Positions 25,891-40,090 of a stretch of DNA of 64,000 nt are shown piece after piece (positions within the stretch are counted from its first letter, which is position 1; each line of letters starts with the position of its first letter). Both the position numbers and the translations under genes were made by a program. Below the pieces are notes generated by a model. It searched no databases, was not told where the DNA came from, and saw only the letters and a list, made by a program, of their open reading frames with translations. The stretch comes from Chrysemys picta bellii (taxonomy: Eukaryota). The DNA is taken from positions 351,354,001 through 351,418,000 of the forward strand of contig NC_088791.1 of the NCBI RefSeq assembly GCF_011386835.1. The letters run 5' to 3'.

Positions 25891-26207
25891 AAAGCCACCT
25901 TGCTTCAGAAAGCTGCAGTATCTTCTGGTAGTCTGGAAGTCATGAAAAGGCTGAGTGACAGGCTGTGTGGGGTTGGGGACTGATTGGTGATGCCGAAAGA
26001 AATCACATGATGGTCAAAGAGAGGGAACTACACAACCGAGAGAGCAGTGCTTGGTGATGGAGTGATAAAACATTTGGTGTGAGCAACTTTTCAGACTGTA
26101 AACTACAATGTTGAGCTCAGCCAAAGTGGGATAGAGTACTCTTGATTAATGAGGAGATATCCTTTCTCCCTCTTGTCACAGAGGATTAATGTCAGTGATC
26201 CAGGCGA

Positions 26208-27146
26208 TCATCTTCTGCAGACGTATTTGACCACTTTGTCACGAAGCTCTTTGGTTTTGACCCCATAAATGATCGGGTTGATCACGGGGGGGATGAGGAA
26301 GAAAAAGTTTGCCAAGATGATGTGAACATGAGGAGTGATGCGCTGACCGAACCTGTGTGTCAGAGTGGAGAAAAAGAATAGAGTAAAAGACGTCATCATC
26401 ACACAGATGTGGGCTGTGCAGGTGTTGAGGGCTTTCTGGTAGGCTTTCTTGGAGGAGATTCTGAGGACGGCCCTGATGATCAGACTGTAGGACAGGGCAA
26501 CCAGTGTCAGATCTAACCCAATGACTACAAATGCCATTGCCAAGCCGTACGTCCTGTTGACAGTGGTGTCCCCACATGACATCTTCGCCACAGCCATGTG
26601 CTCGCAGTAAGTGTGGGGGATAATGTGGTTGGCACAGAATGGTTGCCTACTGAGAAGCACGGGTAGGGGCAACATGAGGAGAACAGCTCTTATCAAACCC
26701 ACGAGCGCTAGCTTAGCTATCCGTGCATTGGTGAGGATGGTAGCATATCTCAGAGGGTTGCATATGGCAACATAGCGATCAAAGGCCATTGTCACGAGGA
26801 CAGCTGACTCCATAATAGAAATCGCATGAAGAAAGAACATCTGGGTGAGGCAGCCACCCACAGTAATGCCCTTCAAATTGAACCAAAATATACAGAGTGC
26901 CTTTGGCATAACAGAGGTAGAGGTGCCAATGTCTGTGAGTGCCAGCATGCAGATCAGCAGGTACATTGGCTTGTGCAGGGTTTGATCTTTGCCTACAACA
27001 AACAGAAGCGTGAAATTTCCAAACAGGCCGACAATGTAGAATATAGAGAAAGGGATGGAAATCCAGACATGGGCAGCTTCTAGGCCAGGGATGCCAATTA
27101 GGATAAATGGTGACGGGTCAGAGGTGGTCAGGTTGAAAGCTTCCAT
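26208..27146 (-). CDS. Class I olfactory receptor, OR52-like (copy B), intact, 312 aa
   Basis: Same OR motifs, plus the class I hallmarks MESAVL and THRFG; single coding exon. Confidence 0.96.
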   Translation of the reverse strand: MEAFNLTTSDPSPFILIGIPGLEAAHVWISIPFSIFYIVGLFGNFTLLFVVGKDQTLHKPMYLLICMLALTDIGTSTSVMPKALCIFWFNLKGITVGGCLTQMFFLHAISIMESAVLVTMAFDRYVAICNPLRYATILTNARIAKLALVGLIRAVLLMLPLPVLLSRQPFCANHIIPHTYCEHMAVAKMSCGDTTVNRTYGLAMAFVVIGLDLTLVALSYSLIIRAVLRISSKKAYQKALNTCTAHICVMMTSFTLFFFSTLTHRFGQRITPHVHIILANFFFLIPPVINPIIYGVKTKELRDKVVKYVCRR

Positions 27147-28821
27147 GAGGTGGTCAATGCGTCAATCAGGTTCAGAAATGTTCAGGGTGCCTGTGGATGG
27201 AGAAAAGCACAGGTACGGGGTTACACACTTTATAATAAATATTTGATAGTTATTAACAATCTAGAACGGGGGAGGGTGAGCAGTGAGATGGCAACATTTG
27301 CAGATGGCACCAAATTATTTAGGTCATCGTCAAGTCCCGAGAAGTCCTCAGAGGGAGCTAACCCATCCACGTGAATGGCACATGACCTTCAATGTCAATA
27401 ACTGCAACATATATGCCCACTGGAGGAAAAAGCTTGAACTCCTCAAACACCTAACATGGTTGTAAATTAACTGTATGAGCTTAGGACAGGGACCTGGGTG
27501 TCATGGTACAGAGCCCTATGAAACCCTGCTCACAAAGCAAGCAGGGACGGAAACTAAGCAAAACATTGGAATCTAGGAGGAGTGGGATGGGAAATCATAC
27601 AGAAAATACAACGCCATGAGATCAGTCAGTCAATGTTTCACCCTCCTCTGGACTCCTCTGTGTAGTACTGGGTACCCTTCCCACACAGGATATTGGAGAA
27701 CTAGAGGGGTTCAGGGAAGGGCAACGAGAATGATCAAAGAGAGAGGTTGAAAAGATTGGGATCGCTACCTTACAAAGAGATGAATAAGAGGAGATATGAG
27801 AAAAGTCTGTAGAATACTGACTGGAAGGAGAGAGGGAGAACACATGCTCAATCTACTCTCTAAGACAAGATCAAGAGGACATTCAATTACACTGAAATAT
27901 GGCAAATTCAAAACAGATAAAAAAGAATGCTATATTCACTTGATGCCTGATTAAACTGAGGATCTTGTTGCCACAAAAGGAAGTTGAGGCCAGGTGCTAA
28001 GGAAGAATCAGGAAGGGTTTGGACATATACCTGGATAGTGTCACTATCCAGTTACAATAGTTACAGCTAAATGAATATTTTGGAAAGCCTATAAGGCCAC
28101 GTGTTTCAGGACACAAGCCAATTTCTAGATGTTAGGCATTCAGGTGACACCCTCCTGATAGTCAGGTCATCCCTCTGTGGGTTTCTTACACCTTGTACTG
28201 CAGCACCTCTGGCTCTCACTGTCAGAGAGAGGACACTGGACTAAATGGACCATAGGTCTGATCCACGATGCAGTTCCTATATTGGAATGGAGACAAGTTT
28301 CTCTCAGTGAAAAAGACATTCTCATGGTGGTCTATGACTTTGTACTCAAGAGAATGGGTATGGGGGGCACAAGTGTCGTGGTAGTTTGGACTACAGCCCG
28401 GCACCTCAGTTACTTCCCTTGTTTCTTTTGGTGAGACACTTTCTTGCAGACATCCAGATTTGCCTGAGGCAAAAGTTACAGGTGGTAACTAACAAGTGTA
28501 AGCAGAGACATGAGTCAGCAACTCACCTGCCAACCCTTCTCGTGCCTGAATATCGAAGAAGTTTGCAGATGATGCAACAATTGGGGGTTGATAAATAATG
28601 AAGAGGTCAGGTCACTGATTCAGAGCAATCTGGATTGATTGGAAAACTTGGTCGAAGCAACCAACATGTGTTCTAATATAACCATGTACATATCTGCAAA
28701 GAGTACAGGCAATACTCACACGATGGGGGGATATCATGGGAAGCACAATGACTCTGAACTTGATTTGGGGGCATGAATGGTTAATTAGCTAAACATGAGC
28801 TCCCGGTGTGACCCTGTGGCC

Positions 28822-29459
28822 TGTTAAGAAGGAATTAAAATTAAGCCAGCAGAAAAGACAGAAACTGCTGAGAAGCAAGGACATAGTTTCTGTCAATACA
28901 CGATAACTTAGTTCAGCTTATCGGTAAGAAGGAACAAAGTTTGTGCCCATGAAAAGGGACAGTTCAGCGAGGAAAGCAGGATCGGGACCAGACAAGCAAG
29001 CAGGAATATTTCAGTAGCACAAATAGCATTGACAATTGTAAACAATTGATAAGCGTATATGGTCAATATCCACTGAGTAACTTAGTTCTTAGAACAGAAT
29101 AAACCCTCCCTTCATAGCCCACCGGATATCTGTAAGCACTCATCCCTACACCCACACCCACCCCGCCTCCTTCCCCCGCAAGGTAGTCATAGATGTTTGA
29201 TGCAATTAGGATGACCTCTATATCTACCTTTTGTTCTTATTTTTATCTTTGTTCAGGGTTCTCTTTTGGCTTGTAACAATGTCTGTCTCTGTATGTACCG
29301 ATAAATGCAAATGAATTGATAAGAGAATGTATATAACTGGCCACTATAGCATCATGTCTTTTAACCTGCTTCTCAGTCTTCCCGGTAACGTAAATGGACC
29401 CCCTTCAGTGTTGTCTGTGCTTGCCTGATTCTTGGGGAAAAGAGTCTTTTTGCCTAACA
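28822..29459. mobile_element. Solo LTR, 638 bp, 4-bp TSD (possibly ERV1-like)
   Basis: TGTTA...TAACA; TSD GGCC at 28818-28821 and 29460-29463; empty sites near 14190 and 55750. Confidence 0.85.
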
Positions 29460-32400
29460 GGCCAAAAGAGCCGGAGATGATAACCGGGGAAATCTGAAGG
29501 AGAGGTAGAGATGTTATTTTACCTGTATATTTGGCACTGGTACAACTGCTGCTGGAATCCTCTGTCCAGTACTTGTGCCCATGGTTAAAGATGGATGTTG
29601 ATACACTGAAGAGGGTTCAGAGAAGAATCACAAGATTTAGTAACAGAGCAGAAAACCTGCCCTATAGTGATAGACTCAAAGATCTCAATCGGTGTAGTTT
29701 AACAAAGAAGGGTAAGGGGTGACTTGATTACAGTCTGTAAGTACCTACACAGGGAACCAATAGTTAATAATAGACTTTTCAGGCTAGCACACAGGGATGT
29801 AACAGAATCCAATGGCTGGAAGTTGAAGTTATAGAAATTCTGTCTGGAAATAAGTTTGAGATTCCAGTATCTCTCCTGTCAGTTCATTTTGATTCAAATG
29901 AGCTTATCCATTCTTAGAGGCCACAGGACGACTCCCGTTGAAGTCACTGTAGGCTAATGACCGGTGTAAATAGGGCTATTTATTTAAGTCCCTACATGTG
30001 GATTTAGGGTGAACTCCTGGCTGTTTTCAGCGCTTTGCCACTGATCTCAATGTGACAAGATTCACCCTGAGTTTTTAACTTTTGGCTATAAGCTGCAAAA
30101 AACAAGCGTTTGGGTCCTGCTACAGTGAGCCTGCTTCTGTAAGGGTGCTGAAAGTGTATGGAGGGAACCCCCAATTTATGTGGAATTCTGAGACTGGGCA
30201 CGAAAGATGGGGATTCCGAAACATGTGGACCCTAATTTGGCTCTCAGGAATGCCAGCTTCAATCTGGAGTGACCAGTGAAGGTTAAATGTGAGAGCAGAA
30301 TCTGGCCAGTGCGCGACTCATTCTTTTTGTGAACTCGCTGGTAACACAGATACCCACTGCAAAGGCATCGGCTGCACTTCCTAATAGGGCAGTGAAGTCA
30401 CTGAATTGGAAAAATTGAGAGAACCAGAGGAAAAACCACACTGTCCAAAAAAAGGAAGCTATTTAGATAGCTAGAAGGACACAGTAAGAGACAAGGAACT
30501 GATCTTAAAAACAAATATTTGGCTAAACTATCTCCAATACATATGTACTTTCAATTTTACCAGGTAAATCCCTTAGTGTTTCTGATATTACTAAACAAAA
30601 AGTGGTGGTGAATTCCTGCCCAGATGGTTCTTCACGTACACCCCGGAACCCTTCCTGAGCCCTCAGCAATAACTTCAGTGCAGGAACAGGCAACTCACCA
30701 AAAACCTGCTCAGCAGAGAGAGAAAAAATCTCCTTTCAGCGACAGGAAGGAAGAGCCCTAAGAATCGCGGTCTGAATCTCACATGTCTGACACTTGCCAT
30801 GTTGGGCAGTGATTTTTATGATTCCCCTGTATAGTCCCTGTAGACTCTCAGATTGGCCAGGACTCCCAGACAATTCCCTCGACTCCAGCCCTGGTTTGAG
30901 CAGAAAATAGACCCTGGAGAACTACAGCTTGAGAGCCTCCCCTGGGAGTGAAGAAATAATTTGCTGATACCAGGGGCTCAGAATTGTCAGGGTAAACTGT
31001 CTTGCAGACTATTGTTCAGCCTAGCAATTGATGAAGGGTTCCCCCCCCATGTATAATGTACAGCCATCTATGTTTGGGAATACTGCCATAGCTGCATACT
31101 GCCTATGCAGTTGTAATGTACAGCGCATTAACCTCTACAAAGTCAGTGCCACTCTATGAAGGCCAAATGAAGTGATCCTTAATTGATTAACGCCGTAGGG
31201 CATGGAAAACGCTGTCTTCTCCCAGGATTCTGGTTTCAAAGCTATTTGCCAGTATCCCTTTGTGAGCTCTAAAGCAGATATACATCAGGAAGCTCAAACC
31301 CTTCTAATATTTCATCTCCTCTCTGCATCGGGAAAGCATCACATTTCAATATTGTGTTGATCTTTCAGCTATTGATGCAGAAAAGCAGTTGTGCTCTCCT
31401 GTGTTAGAATTCTACTCTCACTGTGGTGTTTTACATTGTGATGCCCTGCTGAGGTGAGAACACAGTGGTAAAGGAATCAAACAATTGCTAAATCTGGTTC
31501 TTTTGTACTGGATACAGTCCCTGCCCCATGCTTGCATTACAGGTTCCTGGGGGCCTACTTTTGGATCCTGAAGGTATGAGTGTGATGGGTTATCGGCTCA
31601 TGGGTTGAATCTGGGAGGCGTGGAAACTCCTGTGCCCTCTAACCACCCACCTGAGCTGGCTCTTTCCCACAGTGCTTTGCTAGTGATTCAGCCCCTCCAG
31701 ACCCTGTTATCACCCAACACGACACCAGATGGCGCCACACACCCAAACTGAGGTATCCGAGGTCTGTCTTAATCCACCAAATTTGAAACAGCAGCCACTG
31801 GGTGTTAGAGGGTTTTCCTTTCACCCTCTCCCTTTCTCTGACTGAATCTACCAAGATAAACACAAGTCGCCGTGACTGCGGATGTGCATGGCTCTAATAA
31901 TCAAGTGTGTGGCACTTGATGGACTGTTGTGCAGGTGCGCAGCTTAAAGGGAACATTGACCCCATCCTGGTGGCCATGGTCTCGTTTAGCATCCCTTGGT
32001 GATACGGTTTATGCCCGTGTGTTTGATTGCAGAACGCTGTGTGTGGATTGCTTTCTCAGGCACATATCCCTGAAGTCTTCAAATGCACCTGCCGTGAAGA
32101 CGGTTAGTAGCCACATTTCCAGGCTTTGTCACACATCAGTCAGCAACATGGCTTTACATATTCAGAGGCTTTTTGTATCATTTGTGTAAAGACCAGAAAC
32201 GTGTGTGGCCCAGGGGATAACATCTCACCAACATGGTCCCCATCACCATGAGGCTGCATTTCCTCCACAGCCAGGGGTTCTGTTGGACTGAGGTGGCCAC
32301 AGTGGTGGGAGGAACTTGTGGTGGGGAATTGGATTCTCTCAGTACTCAGGGCCATTGGAAACAGCTCACTCCATCTTCCATACAGCCATGTTAAGCCATG

Positions 32401-34785
32401 ACTCAGGCTGCCCATATGTGTCTGAGTAAGGGCAGCCAGCTGTGTAGCCATATTTTACAGGCCAGTGACCAAGGCTTGCAGTGGGTGCTGGCACTCAAAC
32501 ACACAGCCAATCAGTGCCTCACAGCTCCGTGAGGCATCAGATGGTGGTGAGAGACGGCTCTGGGCCAGGGAATGCAGCAGGGTGTCCTGAGTGGTTGTCT
32601 ACGTAGCCAACCAGGGAGTTTCCCAGTGTCACTGAGGTGGGGGAGGTGTCCCCTCAGGAACTGATGTACTGGGTCATTGCCCAGTGCAGGGGTTAGGTGG
32701 GCCTTTGATGATCCAATAAGATCTCTTGTGTCTCCTCAGTGAAACTTCTCCAATTCCTGAGTAGGGGGTGCATGTGGTCGTAATGCAGGGGCTGTTTCCC
32801 AGGGCTGGATGTGACCCAGCCACTGAGGCCAGCTGACTCAGCAGACAACAGTCCCAGAGGCCATGTGGACCAAAGGACCAATAAGGGAACAAGATACTTT
32901 CAAATCTTGGGGAGGGGGAAGGCTTTTGTTTGTGTGCTCTTTGTTTTGGGGGAGTTCGCTCTTGGGACTAAGAGGGACCAGACATCAATCCAGGCTCTCC
33001 AAATCTTTCTGAACAAGTCTCTCATATTTCAAACTTGTAAGTAAACAGCCAGGCAAGGCATGTTAGTTTAATCTTTGTTTTCTCAACTTGTAAATGTACC
33101 TTTTACTAGGGTGTTTACCTCTGTTTGCTGTAACTTTGAACCTAAGGCTAGAGTGGGGTCCTCTGGGCTCTTTAAGTTTGATTACCCTGTAAAGTTATTT
33201 CCCATCCTGATTTTACAGAGATTATTTTTACCCTTTTCTTTAATTAAAAGCCTTCTTTTTAAGAACCTGATTGATTTCTCCTTGTTTTTAGATCCAAGGG
33301 GGTTGCATCTTGATCCACCCGGAGTTGGTGGGAGAAAGGAGGGGGGATGGTTAATTTCTCCTTGTTTTAAGATCCAAGGGGTTTGGATCTGTATTCACCA
33401 GGGAATTGGTGAAGAGTCTCTCAAGGCTACCCAGGGAAGGGAATTAGCACATTGGGAGTGGTGGCAGCGGACCAGATCTAAGCTGGTAGTTAAGCTTAGA
33501 AGTTTTCAGGCAGGCCCCCACATCTGTACCCTAAAGTTCAGAGTGGGGAAGTAGCCTTGACAGTGCTGGATGCGGAGGGGATGGGATGTCATTGGCCATC
33601 GCCGCCCATGGGCCTTTTCACTTCATCCTAGCTTGGATGCTGGTCCCATCTCTGGATAGTCCCTGTCATGGCTGACACTTGCTGTAGCTGCTCCACCTCT
33701 CTGGGCTGTGGGGCTTCCAACCCTCCTATCATCCAGATAGTCCTTCCCCACCTTCCATCGTGGCAGCACTGTCAGGATTCATCCCTCTACCACAAGTCTC
33801 CCCCCTCGGATGATGCACAGTTGGGTTGTCTACCTTTAGACACTTCCACCCTAGCTCTTGCCATCTCTGTTTACCTGGCACTTTTCCTATGCAGCCCTTC
33901 CTCTGGCTTCCCTCCATAGATCAACCCCTCCCCAAGTTATGTTCTGCTTGCACAGACTGGGTCCCTGCCCAGCTTCTTTCCCAATTTCTTAGCAGAGAGT
34001 TTGGTCTAGTCTCTGCAGACTGCTACTGGGGCAGCTCACCCAGGTTTTCGGTGTCACTTCTTCACTACTGACTGAGACACAGGCTTATATACGATAGCCC
34101 TGGGATATGGCTGGCACCAGAGCCCTGGGATGTCCATTCCACCACCTCCCTTAAAGGTTAGCTCTGCCTTGACAGAGTGCAGATCACACCGGGCTGTGAT
34201 CAGAAACTACCCAAGCTGGTTCTGGGGTAGCTGTGGCTGACATTGCTATGACACATACTTTCCCAAGCCAGCTGCTATCTGCGAGGGTCTGATGTCATTT
34301 CATTGTTGGATGATGTAGGAGAAACAGCTCCTATTCAGTAACAAAAGCAGCGAGTTCTGGGGCTGTGGGAACTTGCGATTCAGCCTATCAGGTTTCGTGC
34401 CCCGTCGATAGTGTGATGTTGTGGGAAATATCCCAGATAAATAATTTTAGTGCTTCTGTGCAGAGGGAGAGTGGCCTGGCTCTTTCCTGTTGAACTATGT
34501 AATACGTACATAATGTGTTGTCTGTTAAGACTCTCATGTGAGTTTCTTTGAGCAGTGGGAAGAAATGGGCGCATTTATTCTGAACTGCCCTGAGTTACCA
34601 CGGCCATGACTCAGAGGCAGTTCTCAGCATCCTCAGGAAGGCTTCCAAGGAAGGCTCCCCAGTGGGAGATTAGCATCTTCTAAGACCTATTGTTCCCCTT
34701 AATGACCCTACCTAACCAGCTCTCTACCCTGATTGCAATCTGTCTAGTGAACGTTCTCAAGGTGTAAATAGATTTGTAACAGATT

Positions 34786-35690
34786 CATAGATTTATAGAT
34801 TCTAGGACTGGAAGGGACCTCAAGAGGTCATCGAGTCCAGTCCCCTTCCCTCATGGCAGGACCAAATACTGTCTAGACCATACTTGACAGACATTTTTCT
34901 AACCTACTCTTAAATATCTCCAGAGATGGAGATTCCACAACCTTCCTAGGCAATTTATTCCAGTGTTTAACCACCCTGACAGTTAGGAAGTTTTTCCTAA
35001 TGTCCAACCTAAACCTCCCTTGATGCAGTTTAAGCCCATTGCTTCTTGTTCTATCCTTAAAGGCTAAGATGAACACGTTTTCTCTCTCCTCTTTATGACA
35101 CCCTTTTAGATACCTGAAAACTGCTATCATGTCCCCTCTCAGTCTTCTCTTTTCCAAACTAAACAAACCCAATTCTTTCAGCCTTCCTTCATAGGTCATG
35201 TTCTCAAGACCCTTTCCAATTTCTCCACATCTTTCTTGAAATGTGGTGCCCAGAACTGGACACAATACTCCAGCTGAGGCCTAACTAGAGCAAAGTGGAA
35301 GAATGACTTCTCGTGTGTTGCTCACAACACACCTGTTAATGCATCCCAGAATCATGTTTGCTTTTTTTGCAACAGCATCACACTGGTGACTCATATTTAA
35401 CTTGTTGTCCACTATAACCCCAGATCCCTTTCTGCCGTACTCCTTCCTAGACAGTCTCTTCCCATTCTGTATGTGTAGAACTGATTTTTCCTTCCTATGT
35501 GGAGCACTTTGTATTTGTCTTTGTTAAACTTCATCCTGTTTACCTCAGACCATTTCGCCAATTTGTCCAGATCATTTTGAATTATGACCCTGTCCTCCAA
35601 AGCAGTTGCAATCTCTCCCAGTTTGGTATCATCTGCAAACTTAATAAGCGTACTTTCTATGCCAATATCTAAGTCATTGATGACTATTGT
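34786..35690 (-). mobile_element. CR1 3' fragment
   Basis: [33 protein letters not shown]; tail near 34786. Inserted in an LTR fragment and absent from the paralog near 5600. Confidence 0.9.
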
Positions 35691-36244
35691 GCCTAACTTC
35701 AGAGACAGAAATGATATGTTCATACAAATAGGGTAATCATATTCACTAAATCATAACCTTTCCAATGATACATCACATGACCTATCTTGTCTAAAATGCA
35801 TCATATTTATGCCATAATCATATCATAACAATATCTCTATGAATGATATGAGGGCGTAGTGTGACAGTCAGCCCCTATGAATGCTAAACTCTGTACAGGG
35901 GTGAAGGTTCATTTTTGAATGATGATCTGCAGAACCAGTTCTGTGAGCACGTCTATCAGCGTAACCCAGCAGGGCATATTGAAGGAGTGGACACTGAGAA
36001 CACAATTATCCAGCAACAGGTCGATTGTTATCCCCTGGGAGCATAGGTGAGCACCCGCTACTTAGCTTCCTCTGAAAAAACTCTCCATGTTTATTTACTC
36101 AGGTAGGATGTCTTGTTTTGGGTTGCAGGGTGGTATACTGTCGTTTGCCAATACATCGCTACATACAACGCAATGAATCTTCAGTGCATTGCTGGACCCT
36201 CTCCATCTAAAGCCCAGTTTAAAATAAGCTTCATCATATTCCCT

Positions 36245-36990
36245 CCCATCACTTGCCCTGTTTGTTGACCCCTTCAAAGAACTCTAATAGATTAGTAAGA
36301 CATGATTTCCCTTTACAGAAACCATGCTGACTTTTGCCCAACAATGCATGTTCTTCTATGTGTCTGACAATTTTATTCTTTACAATTGTTTCAACAAATT
36401 TGCCAGGTACTGACGTTAGACTTACTGGTCTGTAATTGCCGGGATCACCTATAGAGCCCTTTATAAATATTGGTGTTACATTAGCTATCTTCCAGTCGTT
36501 GGGTACAGAAGCTGATTTAAAGCACAGGTTACAAACCATAGTTAATAGTTCCGCAATTTCGCATTTCAGTTCTTTCAGAACTCTTGGGTGAATGCCATCT
36601 GGTCCCAGTGACTTGTTAATGTTAAGTTTATCAATTAATTCCAAAACCTCCTCTAGTGACACTTCAATCTGTGACAATTCCTCAGATTTGTCACCTACAA
36701 AAGACAGCTCAGGTTTGGGAATCTCCCTAACATCCTCAGCCAAGAAGACTGAAGCAAAGAATTCATTTAGTTTATCCACAATGACTTTATCATCTTTAAG
36801 AGCTCCTTCTGTATCTCGATCATCCAGGGGCCCGACTGTTTGTTTAGCAGGCTTCCTTCTTCTGATGTACTTAAAAAAAAATTGTTATTACATTTTGAGT
36901 TTTTGGCTAGCTGTTCTTCAAACTCCTTTTTGGCTTTTCTTATTACATTTTACACTTAATTTGGCAGTGTTCATGCTCCTTTCTATTTAC
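36245..36990 (-). mobile_element. CR1 RT fragment
   Basis: ORF 36249-36779: [38 protein letters not shown]. Confidence 0.9.
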
Positions 36991-38118
36991 CTCTATTTAG
37001 ATTTTTTTATTTTATTTTCTTTTGCCCAGACTTTGATCTCCTGGGACAGAATGAAAAAAAAATCACAGCAATCCTGGGCCCTTCTTAGGCTGAGTCACAG
37101 GTAAGTCATTGTCATATAAGTAAAGTCATCCTACAATTCTAAAATGGGAAATCTACCAAGAGGCGCTCAGCTCATACTCATCCCCTCCCACTTGTCTCCA
37201 GCAGAAGTCTTTCAATAACTATTTCTGTGCAGAAAGGGCAAAATCCCAAATGCTCAAAAAGTATATGCAAACATCACCAGACTTTATCCTATATGGAGTT
37301 TTATCTTCTTTCATATAGCTTCAGTAGGTAGCAATGACTACAAATTTATATCTAGATTTGATAGACAGCTTACTGCCCCACCCCCATCTTCCTACCCTGC
37401 CGGCAGAGGGTCCCTCACTAGAGGTTGGTCCTAGCTGGTGTCAGTCTGAGACCTTCTGGACAATGGGTACCAGGACTAGAGAGCACAACAGTGCTTCTCC
37501 CACATCCATGGCCCCATTCTAGAGTAAGATAACTGTGTCCTTGTACCATGGGCAGAGACCGTAGCTAGTGAGACAGTGCAGCCCTGCCATGCACAGAGTT
37601 CATAGACAATGGTTAGGATTAGTAGGTGGCCGCCATTACTTATTGGTGGGAAAATGAGAAAAGTTTGCCTGGAGACAGCTTTCTTTTGAAGTTTGTAAAT
37701 ACGCAATGGGTTGTTTGCCTCAGAGCGTAGAGGGTAGGACAGAGAGGGGAGTTGTTTTGTTATTCAGACACTGAATGACAAGCAAGCAAAGGACCCCTAG
37801 ACTTGTGATCTGGAGGGCCCCCGGTATCAAGAAGAGGGCTGGCATTATGATGAATCATACAGAGCACATTTTTACTATTGTGTATTTATGCTACTGTATC
37901 ACTCAGTAAATGATGTGTGTTTTATGGAACAGGTCTCCTAGTCTCTTAATCAAAGCCCCTCAGTGCTGAACCCCACCCTTACCAGCAGGGTATCAATCCT
38001 GACACAAGGAAGAAAGGAGAGCAGCAGAATATGGACCCTGGACTTCAGAAAAGCAGACTTTGACTCCCTCAGGGAACAGATGGGCAGGATCCCCTGGGAG
38101 AATAACATGAAGGGCAAA

Positions 38119-40090
38119 TATGTTAGTCTGTATCTACAAAAACAACAAAGAGTCTGGTGGCACCTTAAAGACTAACAGATTTATTTGGGCATAAGCTTTC
38201 GTGAGTAAAAACCTCACTTCTTCGGATGCATAGAGTGAAAGCTACAGATGCAGGCATTATATACAGACACATGGAGAGCAGGGAGTTACTTCACAAGTGG
38301 CGAACCAGTGTTGACAAGGCCAATTCAATCAGGGTGGATGTAGTCCACTCCCAATAATAGATGAGGAGGTGTCAATTCCAGGAGAGGAAAAGCTGCTTCT
38401 GTAGTGAGCCAGCCACTCCCAATCCCTATTCAAGCCCAGATTAATGGTGTTGAATTTGCAAATGAATTTTAGTTCTGCTGTTTCTCTTTGAAGTCTGTTT
38501 CTGAAGTTTTTTTGTTCAATGACAGTGACTTTTAAATCTGTGATAGAATGACCAGGGAGATTGAAGTGTTCACTTACTGGCTTGTGTATGTTACCATTCC
38601 TGATGTCCGATTTGTGTCCATTTATTCTTTTGCGGAGGGACTGTCCGGTTTGGCCAATGTACATGGCAGAGGGGCATTGCTGGCACATGATGGCATATAT
38701 GACATTAGTGGATGTGCAGGTGAATGAGCCCCTGATGGTGTGGCTGATGTGGTTGGGTCCTCTGATGCTGTTGCCAGAGTAGACCCACGGAAAGGAGGCC
38801 CTTGAAGAATTCCACCTGGACTTCAACAATTTCCACCCCACCATCAACCTCAGCCTGGACCAGTCCACACAAGAGATCCACTTCCTGGACACTACAGTAC
38901 AAATAAGTGATGGTCACATAAACACCACCCTATACCGGAAACCTACTGACCGCTATACGTACCTACATGCCTCCAGCTTCCATCCAAGACACATCATACG
39001 ATCCATTGTCTACAGCCAAGCCCTAAGATACAACCGAATTTGCTCCAACCCCTCAGACAGAGACAAACACCTACAAGATCTTTATCAAGCATTCGTAAAA
39101 CTACAATACCCACCTGGGGAAGTGAGGAAACAGATTGACAGAGCAAGACGGGTACCCAGAAATCACCTACTACAGGACAGGCCCAACAAGGACAATAACA
39201 GAACACCACTGGCCATCACATACAGCCCCCAGCTAAAACCTCTCCAGCGCATTATCCACGACCTACAACCTATCCTGGAAAATGATCCCTCACTCTCACA
39301 GACCTTGGGAGGCAGGCCAGTCCTTGCTTACAGACAACCCCCCAACCTGAAGCAAATACTCACCAGCAACTACACACCACACCACAGAAACACCAACCCA
39401 GGAACCTATCCCTGTAGCAAACCTCGTTGCCTACTCTGTCCCCATATCTACTCTGGCAACAGCATCAGAGGACCCAACCACATCAGCCACACCATCAGGG
39501 GCTCATTCACCTGCACATCCACTAATGTCATATATGCCATCATGTGCCAGCAATGCCCCTCTGCCATGTACATTGGCCAAACCGGACAGTCCCTCCGCAA
39601 AAGAATAAATGGACACAAATCGGACATCAGGAATGGTAACATACACAAGCCAGTAAGTGAACACTTCAATCTCCCTGGTCATTCTATCACAGATTTAAAA
39701 GTCACTGTCATTGAACAAAAAAACTTCAGAAACAGACTTCAAAGAGAAACAGCAGAACTAAAATTCATTTGCAAATTCAACACCATTAATCTGGGCTTGA
39801 ATAGGGATTGGGAGTGGCTGGCTCACTACAGAAGCAGCTTTTCCTCTCCTGGAATTGACACCTCCTCATCTATTATTGGGAGTGGACTACATCCACCCTG
39901 ATTGAATTGGCCTTGTCAACACTGGTTCGCCACTTGTGAAGTAACTCCCTGCTCTCCATGTGTCTGTATATAATGCCTGCATCTGTAGCTTTCACTCTAT
40001 GCATCCGAAGAAGTGAGGTTTTTACTCACGAAAGCTTATGCCCAAATAAATCTGTTAGTCTTTAAGGTGCCACCAGACTCTTTGTTGTTT
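38119..40090 (+). mobile_element. Young 5'-truncated Penelope-like retroelement with inverted 5' arm, inserted in a CR1
   Basis: Open frame 38783-39901 encodes the RT C-terminal part, linker and GIY-YIG endonuclease (NVIYAIMCQQC..YIGQTG..LRKRINGH). 38119-38782 is the reverse complement of 39448-40090 plus 21 nt. 12-bp TSD ATGAAGGGCAAA at 38107-38118 and 40091-40102. Confidence 0.93.
40001..40041 (+). ncRNA. Hammerhead-like motif in the PLE 3' tail, CCGAAGA core variant
   Basis: GCAU-CCGAAGA-A-GUGAG..CUCAC-GAAA-GCUU-AUGC. Mirror copy at 38189-38229 (-); near-identical copy at 3686-3726 (+). Confidence 0.6.

Noticed and set aside
33075-33554. 159-aa hydrophobic ORF
   Set aside because: It lies inside an LTR fragment related to 42887-43659; that relative has no such frame in the ORF track.
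38329-38892. 187-aa ORF as a separate GIY-YIG gene
   Set aside because: It is a chimera across the inversion junction: antisense RT joined to the inverted endonuclease arm.
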